Shown: positions 11,346-24,444 of the stretch, one piece after another
How positions within the stretch are numbered: the first letter of the stretch is position 1
Layout of the letters: each line of letters begins with the position of its first letter
Source: Squalus acanthias
Lineage: Eukaryota
Assembly (NCBI GenBank): GCA_030390025.1
Contig: CM059431.1
Span: 138,696,001 to 138,760,000 of the forward strand
DNA length: 64,000 nucleotides
Direction: 5' to 3'
Made by a program: the position numbers and the translations under genes
Notes under the pieces: model-generated
The model's input: the letters and a program-made list of their open reading frames with translations, nothing else
Database searches by the model: none
Told to the model about the DNA's origin: nothing

Positions 11346-11634
11346 AAACTGAACTAAACAAAAGTGATCATTTTAAATACAATTGAGTCTATCCGTTTCG
11401 GATGCAAATTTATTTTTGACTTGTTTTACATTTAAATGCATTTCCTGACTCTGCTGCTTACAAATGTGTTTCCCAGTATCTGTGATATGTATTCTTTTAT
11501 TGGGGGCTTCTGTCTTCATTCCAAATGTATTTTGTAATTATTTATTTCTCAATATGGTACTTTTAAATTACACAACAATGCATTTATATTTAACACAGAC
11601 AGACACAAATACAATGATAAATAACATAAAAAGA

Positions 11635-11640
<6 letters not shown>

Positions 11641-11678
<38 letters not shown>
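11641..11678. repeat. (TA)n microsatellite
   Basis: Direct inspection. Confidence 0.95.
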
Positions 11679-11834
11679 ACTAGTACATTTAGAAGTACCA
11701 CAGATGAAATTATATATATTTATATTTTATGTAGGATACCTCATATTATAAAAATAAACTTTAAATTGGCACACATATAAAGCATCGCAATCATCACATA
11801 AACACTGATTTTATATATTAACATCACACCCACA

Positions 11835-12700
11835 CAGGAGGTTTGTTAAGATGTCTGAAGCCCATGGAATTGAGGGAAAAGTTATCGTGTAAATAAGGAA
11901 TTGGCTGAATGACTGGAAACAAAGGGTGGTGATGGACGGATGTCTTTCAGACGATGTGATGGTTTGCAGTGGTGTTCCCAAGGATCCGTTGTTGTTCCAT
12001 TACTTTTTGCAAGTTTTATAAACGACCTAGACTCAGGTGTAGGGAGCAGCATTCTACAGTTTGCAGGTGTAACCGAACATTGGCAGCGTAGTAGATAGTG
12101 ATGATGATGACAGTGGTAGGATGGTGAAATGGTCAGAATCATGGCAGATAGAGTTCAATGCGAAGAAATCTGAAGTGATGCACTTTGGCAGGAGTAATAT
12201 GGAAAGGCAGTATACTATAAATGGAACGATTTTGAAACGTGTAGATGAGCAGAGAGACCTTGGTGTCCATATACACAAATCCTTAATGACGAAAGAGCAT
12301 GTTGATAAGGTGTTTTAAAAAGCACGTGGGTTAATGGGTTTATAAATAGAGGCATAGAATATAAAATAAAAATATAATGCTAGTTATAGAGTAGATAGAG
12401 AAAAACTATTCCCTCGGTCGAGTGGGTCAATAACCGGAGGTCATAGATTTAAAATCATTGGCCAAAGATCTAGAGGGGGGATGAGTTGTCGGCATGTGGA
12501 ACGCTCTACCTGAACAATTGGTGGAAGCTGATTCCATCAATAATTTTAAAGGGAGTTTCACAGGTACTTGAGGATGAGAAACTTACAGGGTTAGGGACAA
12601 AAAGCGGGGGTGGGATTAAGAACGGCAGCTCTTTCTAAGCCAGCACAGGCACGACGGGACGAATGTCCTCCTGTTCTGGGAGTTTCTATGATTCTATATT
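11835..12700 (+). mobile_element. CR1 LINE 3' fragment
   Basis: SGVPQGS, WQIEFNAKKSEVMHFG, EQRDLGV; tail TTTCTATGATTCTAT. Confidence 0.8.
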
Positions 12701-14027
12701 TACACACCCACAGTTTATAGTTTCACACGGCCTTGTTTGCACTTCTAACTATTGTCTACACGCCGACAGTTTAATTGTTTTTCGGAAGCTGCTCGATCTG
12801 TTGTGTATTCTGAGCAGTTTCCCAGTCTGACTCTCTAAATCATTAAGGCTGCGTGTTCAGAATAGGTCAGGCTCAGCACTCTTTTTAGCGTTGATTGGAG
12901 TCTGGATAATTCCCGAAGAATATTTTTTGTTGCTTTTCCACAATAAACAGAACCTTGGTATAAAGTCTGTCTCACTCGTTCCCCAGTGTGAGGGACAGAA
13001 GCGCCAGATGCCCTTATTTATTTAATGTAACAAACAGACACAAACACACGTGTTCAGTAAAGTGTTCCACACAGCTTGATAAACCCTGGCCCCCTCCCCA
13101 CCTCCAGTGGATCTCCCAATCCGCTTCAGAGAGGTGTGATCAAAAATATGGAAGCCAAATCCAAAGGAGGAACATTTAAACGTCATCTCCTTTAAGAATA
13201 CTCAAAGCTTACAGTTTTAAGTAGTGTCTTAAATGAGGAGACGGGGAATTAGGGGAGCAAATTCTAGAGAGTGAGACAAAGGGTATGACAGACTATTTAA
13301 AGTGTGAAGAGAAAAGGGGATGCGCAAGAGGTCGGAGTCATAGAATCATAGAATCTTAGGATCATAGAATCTTACAGCACAGAATGAGGCCATTCGGCAC
13401 GTTCTACCTGTGCCGGCTCTTTGAAAGAACTCTCCAATTTAGTCCCACACCCCAGCATTTCCACGCAACACTGCTAATTATGTCTCTTCAAATACATGTC
13501 CAATTGCCTTTTGCAAGTTCCTATGGAATCTGATTCCACCATCCTTTCAGGGAATGTGTTCCGGATCTTACCACCCTTCTTGTATCTCAATATCTAAAGG
13601 GATCAAACTTAAATGGTATCAAGTCCACAGCAGGTCCCTTAATAAATAACCTGGAGATGGAAAGCTACCACTGAGGAAGCTGCACCTCCCCATACGGACT
13701 CTGCCACTAAATGAAGTTCTTCAGGAATAAAGAATCTCCTTTCAGCCACTGTAACTAACAATAACAGGCTGTGAAAATGATTCTCCCAATGTCCCCTCTA
13801 GGTCTTTGGGACATTAAATCAATGACCTCTGGTTGCCGATCCACGGACCAGAGGAAACAGTTTCTCCCTACTTGCACTATCATAACTTTGAATACCTCTG
13901 TTCGGTCTCCCCTTAACCTTCTCTGCTTGAACAATCGAAGTGTTAGTTTTCAAATACAATGGACCGACAAGGCAGCGGTAGCTAATTCCGCAAAATACAA
14001 TTGCGCAGGGAATTGAAACAATTGCTT

Positions 14028-14114
14028 TGTCAGAAGTGGGATTCTAACCAATTGCTTCTGGCGAGGATTTGTGCGACCTAAATACAGCACCTTAGACCGC
14101 TCGGCCATCCTGAC
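14028..14114 (-). pseudogene. tRNA-Leu(CAG)-derived pseudogene
   Basis: Minus strand GTCAGGATGGCCGAGCGGTCTAAGGTGCTG...GGTTAGAATCCCACTTCTGACA matches the tRNA-Leu-CAG ends; anticodon reads TAG, B box mutated, variable arm altered. Confidence 0.8.
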
Positions 14115-15146
14115 TCATACTCAACGCCCCGGAATTTCTCCAAAGAGGCTCAGAGAAGGTATCACTCATTCGGGTCGTACGTAAATGCTGGAAGTCTCGG
14201 TGACCTTAAACAACATCACTTCTGTCCCACACTAAAAACTCTCAATCCTTCTCCTCCGTTGCCTTTTACAGACATTTCATTGATGGAAACCACACAAGTC
14301 AAACAAGAAATTGATTTTTAAGTGATTATCGTTCTGAAGGAGCTCCCTAATTGTCCTACCCCAGTCTCTTCAATCAGGCAATTCCCGCCAGCTCCCTTTA
14401 CATAGCATCATAGGATTATAGAATGAGACAGCACAGAAGGTCATTCGGCCGATCGTGCAGGTGCCGGCTTTTTGGTTGAGCTTTCCAATTAATCCTGTAT
14501 TATTTCCCCTCAAGTAATTATCCGGTTCTCTTTTGAAAGTTGCTATTGAATCTTCTTCCACCGCCCTTTCAGACAGTGCATTCCAGATCACAGGAACTCG
14601 CTGTGTAAAAAAAGATTTTCTCATCTCGCCTCTGGTTCTTCCTCAACGTGGAACGGCTGTTATTGGCCCCCAGGACGTGGCCATTCTAATTCTGTGACTG
14701 GAACGTCACACCTGCTTCGTAAATGGCAAAGTTACCTCTGACAAAATTTGAGGCCCGTCAGGAATCTAAACGCTAACATTTTATGTCCCTTTTAAAGTTT
14801 TACCATTTATTGTACGTTACTTGAGGGAGGGGGAATACAGGGCTATGGGGAAAGAACAGGCGTGTGGGATGAATGGGATACCTCTGCCAAACAGGCGGCA
14901 CAGACACGATGGGCCAAATGGCCTCCTTCTGTGCTGTTTCATTCTATGATTCTATGATTGCGTGGCACAAACCAATTTAAGTCTGGCAATTGCAGTGAAG
15001 CGAGGCCCAATTTTCACTCTTAAACCGGCAGTTATAATATTAAGAGAAAGGTGTCGGATAAAAAACCATTTTCAGCGCGGTGATACTGCCGCGGAAATTC
15101 GGAGCTGGGGTTCACCAGAGAAAGCAACATAAAAACTTAAAACATT

Positions 15147-15219
15147 CGCCCAACTTGGGACTCGAACCCACGACGCTGAAATTAAGCGTCTCATGTTGTA
15201 CCGACTGAGCCAGCCTGGC
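15147..15219 (-). tRNA. tRNA-Lys(CTT), probably a pseudogene
   Basis: GCCAGGCTGGCTCAGTCGGTACAACATGAGACGCTTAATTTCAGCGTCGTGGGTTCGAGTCCCAAGTTGGGCG, 73 nt, CTT anticodon; D-stem, T-stem and U33 substitutions. Confidence 0.8.
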
Positions 15220-15794
15220 ATAGCAAATGTTGGCGTCCTTGTCGGTTATTGCAGAGAGGCGGCTGTTGGCTCCGCCCCAGGGGTGCAGCTTGTTCTGCAA
15301 ACTGTGAACCGAGCTCTCCTGAATTACAAGGTGTATAAGGAAGCCAACTATCAAACCTTTCTGAAGATCAGAAACTAGTGACTGATGTTACGGAGATGGG
15401 AATAGATTTTATGATGAAGAGGATATTAGCTTCAGATGATGAGAAGGGGAATTGACTCGATGGCAGCGGACAGAGTTTGTTCCAAGGACTGAAGACGATG
15501 GTTTTGTCTTCATACTGTTCTTTTCCGCCGATTGGTCATTCGGAGGAATGCGCCTTTCATTGACTGTTGCACATTTCCTCAACCTGTCTGTTCACCGCAC
15601 AGATGTTAAATGACCGGCTGTTTTGATGGAGCTTTTAACTTTTGTTCACATGTTGGTTTGGGGATGTGACGATGTACATCAAAACGTGACGTGGATGGAG
15701 GTGGGGTTAATTTTCTGATAAAAAAAAAACCAGTCAACTGGGCCGAAACATCAGCTGCAGCTCATACCACAAATATAAAACCTGTTACAGCTCT

Positions 15795-16478
15795 ATGATG
15801 ATAGGGCAGGTTGAGAAAGCGGTTAAAAAAGCATGCGGGATCCTGGGCTTCATAAATAGAGGCATAGAGTACAAAAGCAAGCGAGTTATGATGAACATTT
15901 ATAAAACAATGGTTCGGCCTCACCTGGATCATTGTGTTCAATTTTGAGCACCGCACTTTAGGAAGGATGTGAAGGCCTTAGAGAAGGTGCAGAAAAGAAT
16001 TACAAGAACGGTTCCAAGGATGAGGGACTTCAGTTACGTGTATAGACTGGAGAAGCTGGGGCTGTTCTCCTCAGAGCAGAGAAGATTGAGAGGAGATTTG
16101 ATAGAGGTGTTCAAAATCATGAGGGGTCTAGACACAGTAGATTGAGGGAAACTGTTCCCATTGGCGGAAGGGTCGAGAACCAGAGGACACAGATTCAAGG
16201 TGATTGGCAGAAGATACAAAGGTGACATCAGGAAAAACTTTTTTACGCAGTGAGTGGTTATGATCTGGAATGCACTGCCTGAAAGGATGGTGGAGGCAGA
16301 TTAAATCGTGGCTTTCAAAAGGGAATGGATAAGTAACTGAAGGAAAACAAATGCAGAGCTAAGGGAAACGGCGGGGGAGTGGGCCGAGCTGAAGTGCTCT
16401 TGCAGAGAGTAAGTACGGGCTCGAGGCGCCGAATGAGCTCCTACTGTGTTGTAACCATTCTATGATTCTATGATTCTA
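15795..16478 (+). mobile_element. CR1 LINE 3' end
   Basis: YKTMVRPHL, LEKVQKR, RRLRGDLIEVFKI, FFTQ motifs; (ATTCTATG)n tail. Confidence 0.88.
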
Positions 16479-16479
16479 A

Positions 16480-16623
16480 CTTCTTCCCAGTTCTAATGAA
16501 AGGCCATCCAGCTGAAACGTTAATTATGTTTCTCTCTCCACAGATGCTGCCTGACCTGCTGAGTATTTCCACCATTTTCTGTTCTTATTTCAGATTTCCA
16601 GCATCTGCAGTGTTTTGCTTTTG
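16480..16623 (+). mobile_element. Penelope-like element terminal repeat with degenerate minimal hammerhead
   Basis: AGTT-CTAATGA...GAAACGTTA followed by CTCTCCACAGATGCTGCCTGACCTGCTGAGTATTTCC; the same sequence occurs inverted at 39912-40013. Confidence 0.7.
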
Positions 16624-16833
16624 CCCGGAAAATTATTTTTTGCCTTTCGATTGAAGAGGCGAAAAGCCGAGACATTTGTTGTTTTCAATACGGCGGCTGA
16701 AATGGCCGGATGACACGTGACAGGAGTCGTTTGTGAATCATTTAAAGGTGGATTCTAAAAATCAACGAGTGTTAATTTAAAATCACGGTTACAGTTTATT
16801 TCGGTGTAAAAGGAGCGGATTGAATATAACAAT

Positions 16834-16920
16834 AAAACGCCAAGCAGTGCCCGCGGTGAGACAGATTCGAACTCCTGATGAAGTTGGTGCTGCGAAGTAA
16901 CCGCTGAGCTAAAGCTGACC
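16834..16920 (-). ncRNA. Vault RNA gene (vtRNA)
   Basis: GGTCAGCTTTAGCTCAGCGGTTACTTCG...GAGTTCGAATC...CCGCGGGCACTGCTTGGCGTTTT: vertebrate vault 5' signature, B box, CCGCGGGC 3' motif pairing with the 5' arm, T4 terminator. Confidence 0.88.
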
Positions 16921-17060
16921 CCGATCAAAGCGGCAGAAAACACTAAATATAAAGGATGAGCTCACAAATATCAGGCGCAGTGCGGGTCTGGTCAACGTCA
17001 AACCCCCTCTTCTTTTCTCATTCAATAGAGGAAGAAGAGACTCAACGGGAGTCAGACGGC
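16921..17060 (-). promoter_or_regulatory. Upstream Pol III promoter region of the vault RNA gene
   Basis: TATA-like TTTATATTTA about 24-33 nt upstream and a CRE-like TGACGT about 75-80 nt upstream; both retained in the duplicate at 26142-26420. Confidence 0.55.
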
Positions 17061-17189
17061 AGAAAGATTCATAAATAGAACAAATAAAGACACAAATACA
17101 AGTAACACCCACATTCCAAACATTCACTGTGAAATTATTTCACTTTATTTAAAAGGTTACTGCTATTTACTTGAAAATAATCACCGGAG

Positions 17190-17282
17190 AAAAAGAAATA
17201 ACTTGCACTTATGTCGCGCCTTTCACACTCTCAGGACGACTCAACGCGCTTAACAGACAACAAAGTACTTTTAAAGTGCACT
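17190..17282 (-). mobile_element. 3' tail of a Deu-domain SINE (SacSINE1/AmnSINE1-like), split by a CR1 insertion
   Basis: Minus strand CACTTTAAAAGTACTTTG...AAGCGCGTTGAG...CCTGAGAGTGTGAAAGGCGCGACATAAGTGCAAGTT; continues at 21624. Confidence 0.75.
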
Positions 17283-20200
17283 CATAGATACATAGAAACA
17301 TAGAAGATAGGAGCAGGAGCAGGCCATTCAGCCCGTCGAGCCTGATCCGCCATTCAATGGGATCATGGCTGATCATCCAAATTCAGTACCCTGTCCCTGC
17401 CTTCTCTCCATATCCCTTGATCCCTTGATCCCTTTAGCTTTAAGAAATATATCTAACACCTTCTTGAATATATTTAATGAATTGGCCTCTACTGCTTTCT
17501 GTGGTAGAGATATCCACAGGTTCACCACTCTCTGGGTGAAGAAATTCCTCCTCATCTAAGTCCTAAATGGCTTACCCCTTATCCTTAGACTGTGACCCCT
17601 GGTTCTGGACTCCCCGGCCATCGGGACATCCTTCCTGCATCTAGTCTGTCTAGTCCAGTTCGAATTTTATAAGTTTCAATGAGATCCCCTCTCATTCTTC
17701 TAAACTCCAGCGAGTAAAAGCCCAATCGACCCAATCTCTCCTCATACGTCATTCCTGCCATCCCAGGTATCAGCCTGTTGAATCTTCGATGCACTCCCTC
17801 CATGGCAAGAACATCCTTCCTCAGATAAGGCGACCAAAACTGCACACAATACTAAAATTGCGGTCTCACCAAGGCCCTGTACAACTGCAGCAAGACATCC
17901 TTGTTCCTGTACTCGAACCCTTTCGCTACGAAGGCCAACATACCATTTGCCTTCTTAACCGCCTGCTGCACCTGCATGCTTACCTTCAGCGATTGGTGCA
18001 CAAGGATACCTAGGTCTCGTTGCACTTCCCCTTCTCCCAATCTATTGCTATTCCGATAATAATCTGCCTTCCTGTTTTTGTCACCAAAGTGGATAAACTC
18101 GCATTTATCCACATTATATTGCATCTGCCATGCTTCTGCCCAATTACCCAACCTGACCAAATCATACTGGAGTTTCTCAGCATCCTCCTCACGGCACACA
18201 CTCCCACCCAGCTTTGTGTCGTCTGCAAACTTGGAGATATTACATCCAATTCCCTCGTCTAGATCATTAATATAAATTGTGAATAGCTGGGGTCCTAGGA
18301 CCGATCCCTGCGGTACCCCACTAGTCACTGCCTGCCACTCGGAAAAAGACTCATTTATTCCAACCCTTTGCTTTCTGTCTGCCAACCAGTTCTCTATCCA
18401 AGTCAATACCTTGTCCCCAATCCCATTTGCCTTAACTTTACACGCTAATCTCTTATGCGGGACCTTATCGAAAGCCTTCTGAAAGTCCAAATACACCACA
18501 TCAACTTGTTGTCCCTTATCTATTTTACTAGTTATATCCTCAAAAAATTCCAGTAGTTTAGTCAATCACGATTTACCTTTCGTAAATCCATGTTGACTTT
18601 GTCCGATCCTGTCACCGTTTTCCAAGTGTTCTGCTATTGCATCATTTGTAATAGACTCCAGCATTTTCCCCACTACCGATGTCAGGCTTACCAGTCTATA
18701 ATTCCCCATTTTCTCTCTACCACCTTTTTGGAATAGTGGAGAATATTACCTACCCTCCAATCCATGGGTACTGTTCCAGAGTCTATAGAATTTTGGAAGA
18801 TGACCAGCAATGCATCTACTATTTCGAGGGCTACTTCCTTAAGTACCCTAGGATGTAGATTATCAGGCCCTGGGGAATTATCGGCCATCAATCCCGTCAA
18901 TTTCCCTAACACTTTTTCCCTACAAATATTGATTTCTTTCAGTTCCTCCCTCTCATTAGACCCTATGTTCCCCAACATCTCGAGGAGGTTATTTGTGTCC
19001 TCCTTTGTGAAGACAGAACCAAAGTGTGTATTTAATTGGCCTGACATTTCTTTGTTCCCCAATATAAATTCCCCTAATTCTGACTGCAAGGGACCTATGC
19101 TTTACTTCACCAGTCTTTTTCTCTTCACATATGTATAAAAGCTTTTACAGTCAGTTTTTATGTTCCCTGAAAGCTTCCTGTCATACTCTATTTTCCCCCT
19201 CTTAATTAATCCCTTTGTCCTTCTTTGCTAAATCCTATACTGCTCCCAATCCTCAGGTTTTCTACTTTTTCTGGCCAATTTATATCTCCTCTCCTTGAAT
19301 CTTATGCTATCCCTAATTTCCTTTGTTAGCCACGGTGGAGTCACCTTTTTTGTTTTATTTTAATGCCAAACTGGGATAAACAAATTCTGTAGTTCATTCA
19401 TGCGATCTTTGAATGATTGCCATTAACTAACCACTATCAACCCTTTGAGTGACATTCCCCAATCAATCCTACCCAACTCGCGCCTCATACCATCGTAGTT
19501 TCCTTTATTTAAATTCAGGACCCTTGTCTCGGAGTCAACTACTTCACTCTCCATCTTAATGAAGAATGATATCATATTATGATCGTACCGACCCAAGGGG
19601 CCTCGCACAACAAGATTGTTAATTAATCCTTTCTCATTACATAATACCAAGTCTAAGATGGCTTGATCTGTAGTTGGTTCCTCGTCATATTGGTCCACGA
19701 TACCATCCCGTATACACTCCAGGAATTCCTCCTCCACAGTATTGTTACTAATTTGGTTATCCCAATCTATATGTAGATTAACGTCGCCCATGATAACTGC
19801 TGTGCTCTTATTGCACGCTTCTCTAATTTCCCTTTTAATGCCATCTCCAACCTCCGTATTACTGTTTGGGGGTCTGTATACCACTCCCACTAGCGTTCTT
19901 TCCCCTTATATTTCTCAGTTCTACCCATACAGATTCCACATCATCAGAGCTTATATCCTTCCTTACAATTGTGTTAATCACCTCTTTAAACAGCAATGCT
20001 ACCCACCTCCTTTTCCTTTTTGCCTATCTTTCCTGAATATTGAATACCACTGTATGTTGAGCTCCCAGCCTTGGTCACCCTGGAGCCACGTTTCTGTAAT
20101 CCCAATCATATCATATTCGTTTACCTCTATTTGCACAGCTAATTCATCCACCTTATTACGAATGCTCCACGCATTAAGACACAAACCCTTCAGGGTTGTT

Positions 20201-21623
20201 TTTTTAACGCTCTTAGACCTTTTAGAATTATTATTTACTGTGGCCACGTTTGATTTAGACACTTGATTTCTCTGGTTGACACCTTTGTTTTTTTCCTTCC
20301 TGACTTTTGCTTCTGTCCTTGTTTCCCTTTCCTCTGTCTCCCTGCTCAGGTTCCCAACCTCCTGCTATTTATATTAAACCCTCCCCCAGAGCACTAGCAA
20401 ACACTCCCCCAAGGACATCGGTCCCAGTCCTGCCCAGGTGTAGACCGTCCGGTTTGTACTGGTCCTACCCCCCCTCCCCCCCAGAACCGGTTCCAATGTC
20501 CCAGGAATTTGAATCCGTCCCCCTTTCACCATTCCTCTAGCCACGTATTCGTCTGAAATATCCTTCTATTTCTAATCTGACTAGCACGAAGCACTGGCAG
20601 CAATCCTGAGATTACTACCTTTGAGGTCCTCTTTTTAAATTTACCTCCTAACTCCCTATATTCAGCTTTTAGGACATCATCCCGTTCTTTACCTATATCG
20701 TTGGTACCTATATGCACCACGACAACTGGCTGTTCACCCTCCCCTTCCAAAATGTCTGCAGCCACTCTGAGACATCCTTGACACTTGGACCAGGGAAGCA
20801 ACACACCATCCTGGAGTCTCGTTTGCGGCCGCAGAAACGCCTATCTATTCCCCTTACAATAGAATCCCCTATCACTATAGCTCTATCCCTCTTTTTCCTC
20901 CCTTCCTGTACAGCACAACCACCCCTGTTGCCAGGAAGTTGGCTGCTGCTGCCTTCCCCTGATAAGCCATCCCCCTCAACAGTATCTAAAGCAGTATATC
21001 TCTTTGAGAGGGGGATGTCCACAGGGGACTCCTGCACTACCTGCCTGCGCCTACTACTCTGTCTGGTGGTCACCCATTCCCTTTCTGCCTGTGCAACCTT
21101 TACCTGCGGTGTGACCAGCTGGTTAAACGTGCTATCCACGAGGTCCTCAGCATCGCGAATGCTCCAGTATGTATCCATTCGCAGCTCCAGCACCACAATG
21201 CGGTCTGCCAGTAGTTGCAGCTGGATACACTTCCTGCACACATAGCACAGGAGGAGCATACCACGGCGACGAGCTGTGTTGCCATGACTTACCCTTTAAT
21301 TAATTGAACTTAAATTAAATCAAATCAATCCCACCAATTATACTATAATTAAATGATATAGGGCCCTTGTTTACCAACTGTCCCCGCTACACCACAGAGA
21401 CCCTAGAAACTATAAACGACAAAATTTAAGTTTGGACAAAGGAGAAAAAGAGAAATACTCACCAACCAATCACTTACCTGCTTTCTGGTGACGTCACACT
21501 TGGATTATTTTTTACTTCTCTCTCTCCCGCTCTCGGGGCTCAGATTGGTAAACCTACCTGGTCGCTGCCGCCTATAATTGCCGCCGCCTCACCGCTGTCG
21601 TTCCACCCAGGTCCGCCGCCTCT
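17283..21623 (-). mobile_element. Near full-length, degenerate CR1/HER1-like LINE
   Basis: ORF1 remnants (zinc-finger CRKC, GDSIVRG, HIGTND; 21285 to ~20375) and fragmented ORF2 (ITETW, YRPP, GVPQGSVLGP, KFADDTK); microsatellite tail at ~17283. Confidence 0.93.
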
Positions 21624-21988
21624 GTCACTGCTGTAATGTAGGAAACGCCGCAGCCAAATTACACAAAGCAAGTTCCCCCAATCAACAATGTGATAATGAC
21701 CAGATAATCTGTTTCTGTGATGTTGATTGAGGATAAATATTGGCCAGGACACCGGGGATAACTCCCCCGCTCCTCTTCACAATAGTGCCTTGGGACCTTT
21801 TACCTCCACAAGAGAGCAGACGGGTCCTGCAATTAACATCTCAGCTGAAAGACAGCACCTCCGACAGTGCAGCACTCCCTCAGTACTCCACTGGAGTGTC
21901 AGCCTAGATTTCCGTGCTTAAGTCTCTGGAATGAGACTGAAAGTATCGCCTTCTGACTAAGAGGTAAATAGTGCTGCCAACTGACACG
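21624..21988 (-). mobile_element. Deu-domain SINE head and core (SacSINE1/AmnSINE1-like)
   Basis: Minus strand GTACTGAGGGAGTGCTGCACTGTCGGAGGTGCTGTCTTTC...CCCCGGTGTCCTGGCCAATATTTATCCTCAATCAACATCAC...ACAGATTATCTGGTCATTATCACATTG, the Deu-domain signature. Confidence 0.85.
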
Positions 21989-22359
21989 GGGTTTGTGTTC
22001 ACAAGTGACTTGATTTACTATGTTTGTCCATCAGGTTGGCAATTCAAACTGTATTCGATATTATTGAAGAGATTCGAATTTCAAGTTGAGGGCAAAAGGT
22101 GCCACATTTAAAGCCACCGACTTGTATAATGGCAGATAGAGTTTGTTCCAACACCTGTGCTACCAGACCCTTTCAATGTTTTTCAACAGTTGATTTTTGA
22201 TGTTGGTAATTCGCATCCTGTGGAGAATGGGAGAGGAGAATGCACACATGGTACATGGACATGATAGAATGTGCGGAATGGGATCACAGAAATACTCCCA
22301 CTTCGTTGAAAGTTATTGACCAGTATTCTATGTAAGCGTTTGTCCACACTGATAGAGTG

Positions 22360-22960
22360 AATGCATTGATTGCACACTTTCAATCTAATTGAAGTTATGT
22401 TAAACTCGAAAAAAAACTTGTTTGGACCAAATTTGCAGTACTGGTTAAGTTCAGGTATCCATATTATAAAAAAAAATATATAGAGACACTTGAGAAGATT
22501 CAAAAAATATCACTAGAATGATAACAAGAGCTGAGAGGATATACCGAACCGGAAAATTGAACAGGCTGCAGATCTTTTCTCTTGAAAATAGAAGACTTTA
22601 AGATTATGAAAGCGTTTGAAAGGGTAGACGTAGAGAAGATGTTCCCACTTGCGGGAGAAACCAGAACTAGGGGCCATAAATCTAACATAGTCAATAATAA
22701 ATTAAATAGGGAATTCAGGAGAAACTACTTTTGCCCGAGTGTGGTTACAAGGTCTTACTCGCTGCCACAGCATTAATTAAGGCCAATAGAATAGATGCAT
22801 TTAAAGGTAATCTCGATAAACACTTGAGGAAGGAGTAGAAGTATATGTTGATGGATTGAGATGAAGGAGGGTGGGAGGAGGCTCATGAGGAGACTGAAAA
22901 CACGGGCATGGACCTGTTGGGCTGAATGGCCTGTTTCCCTGCTGTACATACTGTGTAATA
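22360..22960 (+). mobile_element. CR1 LINE 3' fragment
   Basis: FKIMKAFERVDVEKMFPLAGETRTRGH; 3' UTR GGGCTGAATGGCCTGTTTC. Confidence 0.75.
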
Positions 22961-23599
22961 CTGTGTAATACAGCACAGATATTCCCTCGTGCAAACTTCA
23001 TCTACTTGTGCTACTTTTAAGTGTTTCCGAGCATCAACTGCCCAAATGTTTACCGCTGGTTGGCTGCTGGCGTAGACCAATTTCACTCAACGTTCTTCTG
23101 ACGCGGAGATGAGAGTGCTGGAACTGAGTCAAAGCGAGTCTGAACCAAACCTCTCTTCCTGTTGTGTGGGTTTTTAGCTATTTCCCTATTTTCTTCTCTT
23201 CCAACTTGTGAAAGTGCTGACGCTCAGTTGTTGAATAAAATGATCACAAATCTTCAATGAAAGTTTCACAGTTTCTTCACCCACTTTTCCCAAATACTGT
23301 TCTAAGTGCCATAAAAATATAAAATCCGCTTTTCTATTAAGGCAAATTACAACCAAAGTTCATCTCTCTTGATTAACCGAATCACATTCCAGGTGGAGTG
23401 GGTCTTTATCAATGCTTTGGTTGAAGGCTTTTGCGAGAGGAAGATTATTTAAGCTTTTGTGGCACTGACACTTAACATTTAAATTTCAGTAATATTGGGC
23501 ACATGCTGTTGGTGTAAGGAACGTGTGCGCCGAGTGATTCAGCGATGGATTATTAAGCAATTGTGTGATGCTCGCATGGATTTGAATTTCAGCCGATCT

Positions 23600-24080
23600 C
23601 GCATCAAGTCCCGTTCACCCATCACCACTCTGCTCGCTGACCTACAGTGGCTCCCGCTTAAGCAACGCCTCGATATTAAAATTATGTTCCTTGTTATCAA
23701 ATCCCTCCATGGCCTCGCCTCTCCCTATCGCTGTAATCTCGCCCTGTCCTAAACCCTCCGAGATTTCCGCGTTCCTGCAATTCTGACCTCTTGTGCATCC
23801 TCGATTTAATCGCTTCACCATTGGTGGCTTTGCCTTCATTTTGCCAAGGGCCTATGCTCCGGAATTCCCATCCTATGCCTCTCCACCTCTCTACCTCTCT
23901 TTCCTCGTTTAAGATGCACCATAAAACATTTCTCTTTGACCAAGATTTTGTTCTTCTGCCCTAATATCTCCTTACGTGGTTCGGTGTCAAACTGTGTTTG
24001 ATAATCGATCATGTAAAGCGCTTTGGGACGTTTTACTGCGTTAAAGGCTCTTTGTGAAAGTAAGTTCTTGTTGTTGTTAG
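23600..24080 (+). mobile_element. L2-type LINE 3' end
   Basis: ITTLLADLQWLPLKQRLDIKIMFLVIKSLHGLA motif; tail TGTAAAGCGCTTTGGGACG...AAGTTCTTGTTGTTG. Confidence 0.8.
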
Positions 24081-24444
24081 TAATACAGGAGGAGGCCATT
24101 CACCCGTCGAACGTTTTCCACCATTGAATTAGAGCAGGGCTGGTCTGTACCTAAACTCCATCCACCCACCTAGGTTGCGTTATCATGTTTGTCCTTTCTC
24201 TTATTCTTGATATTTACAATTTTAGACACTGATTGCCTTTGTTGAAATTCTGCATCATTGTCTCGATTATTACCGAAAATCCCATCGAGCTCTAGAATGT
24301 TTTTTCCCAGTTGCGCTTCCAGTGTCCTGGATGATGTGAGTGTTCCAGAGTGTAAGGTCACGGTTGCTTCCATTGAGGCAACGATAGGAACATGGGAGAG
24401 GTGGGAAACCGCGGGTACAGGCTGCTGTCAAGGATCGGACACAA

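Noticed and set aside
13960..14015. Possible snRNA fragment next to the tRNA-Leu pseudogene
   Set aside because: Similarity to reverse-complemented U1 was only a few bases and not collinear
23095..23135. tRNA-like fragment
   Set aside because: Resembles the Deu-SINE head at ~21950-21985 rather than a tRNA gene; too short to call
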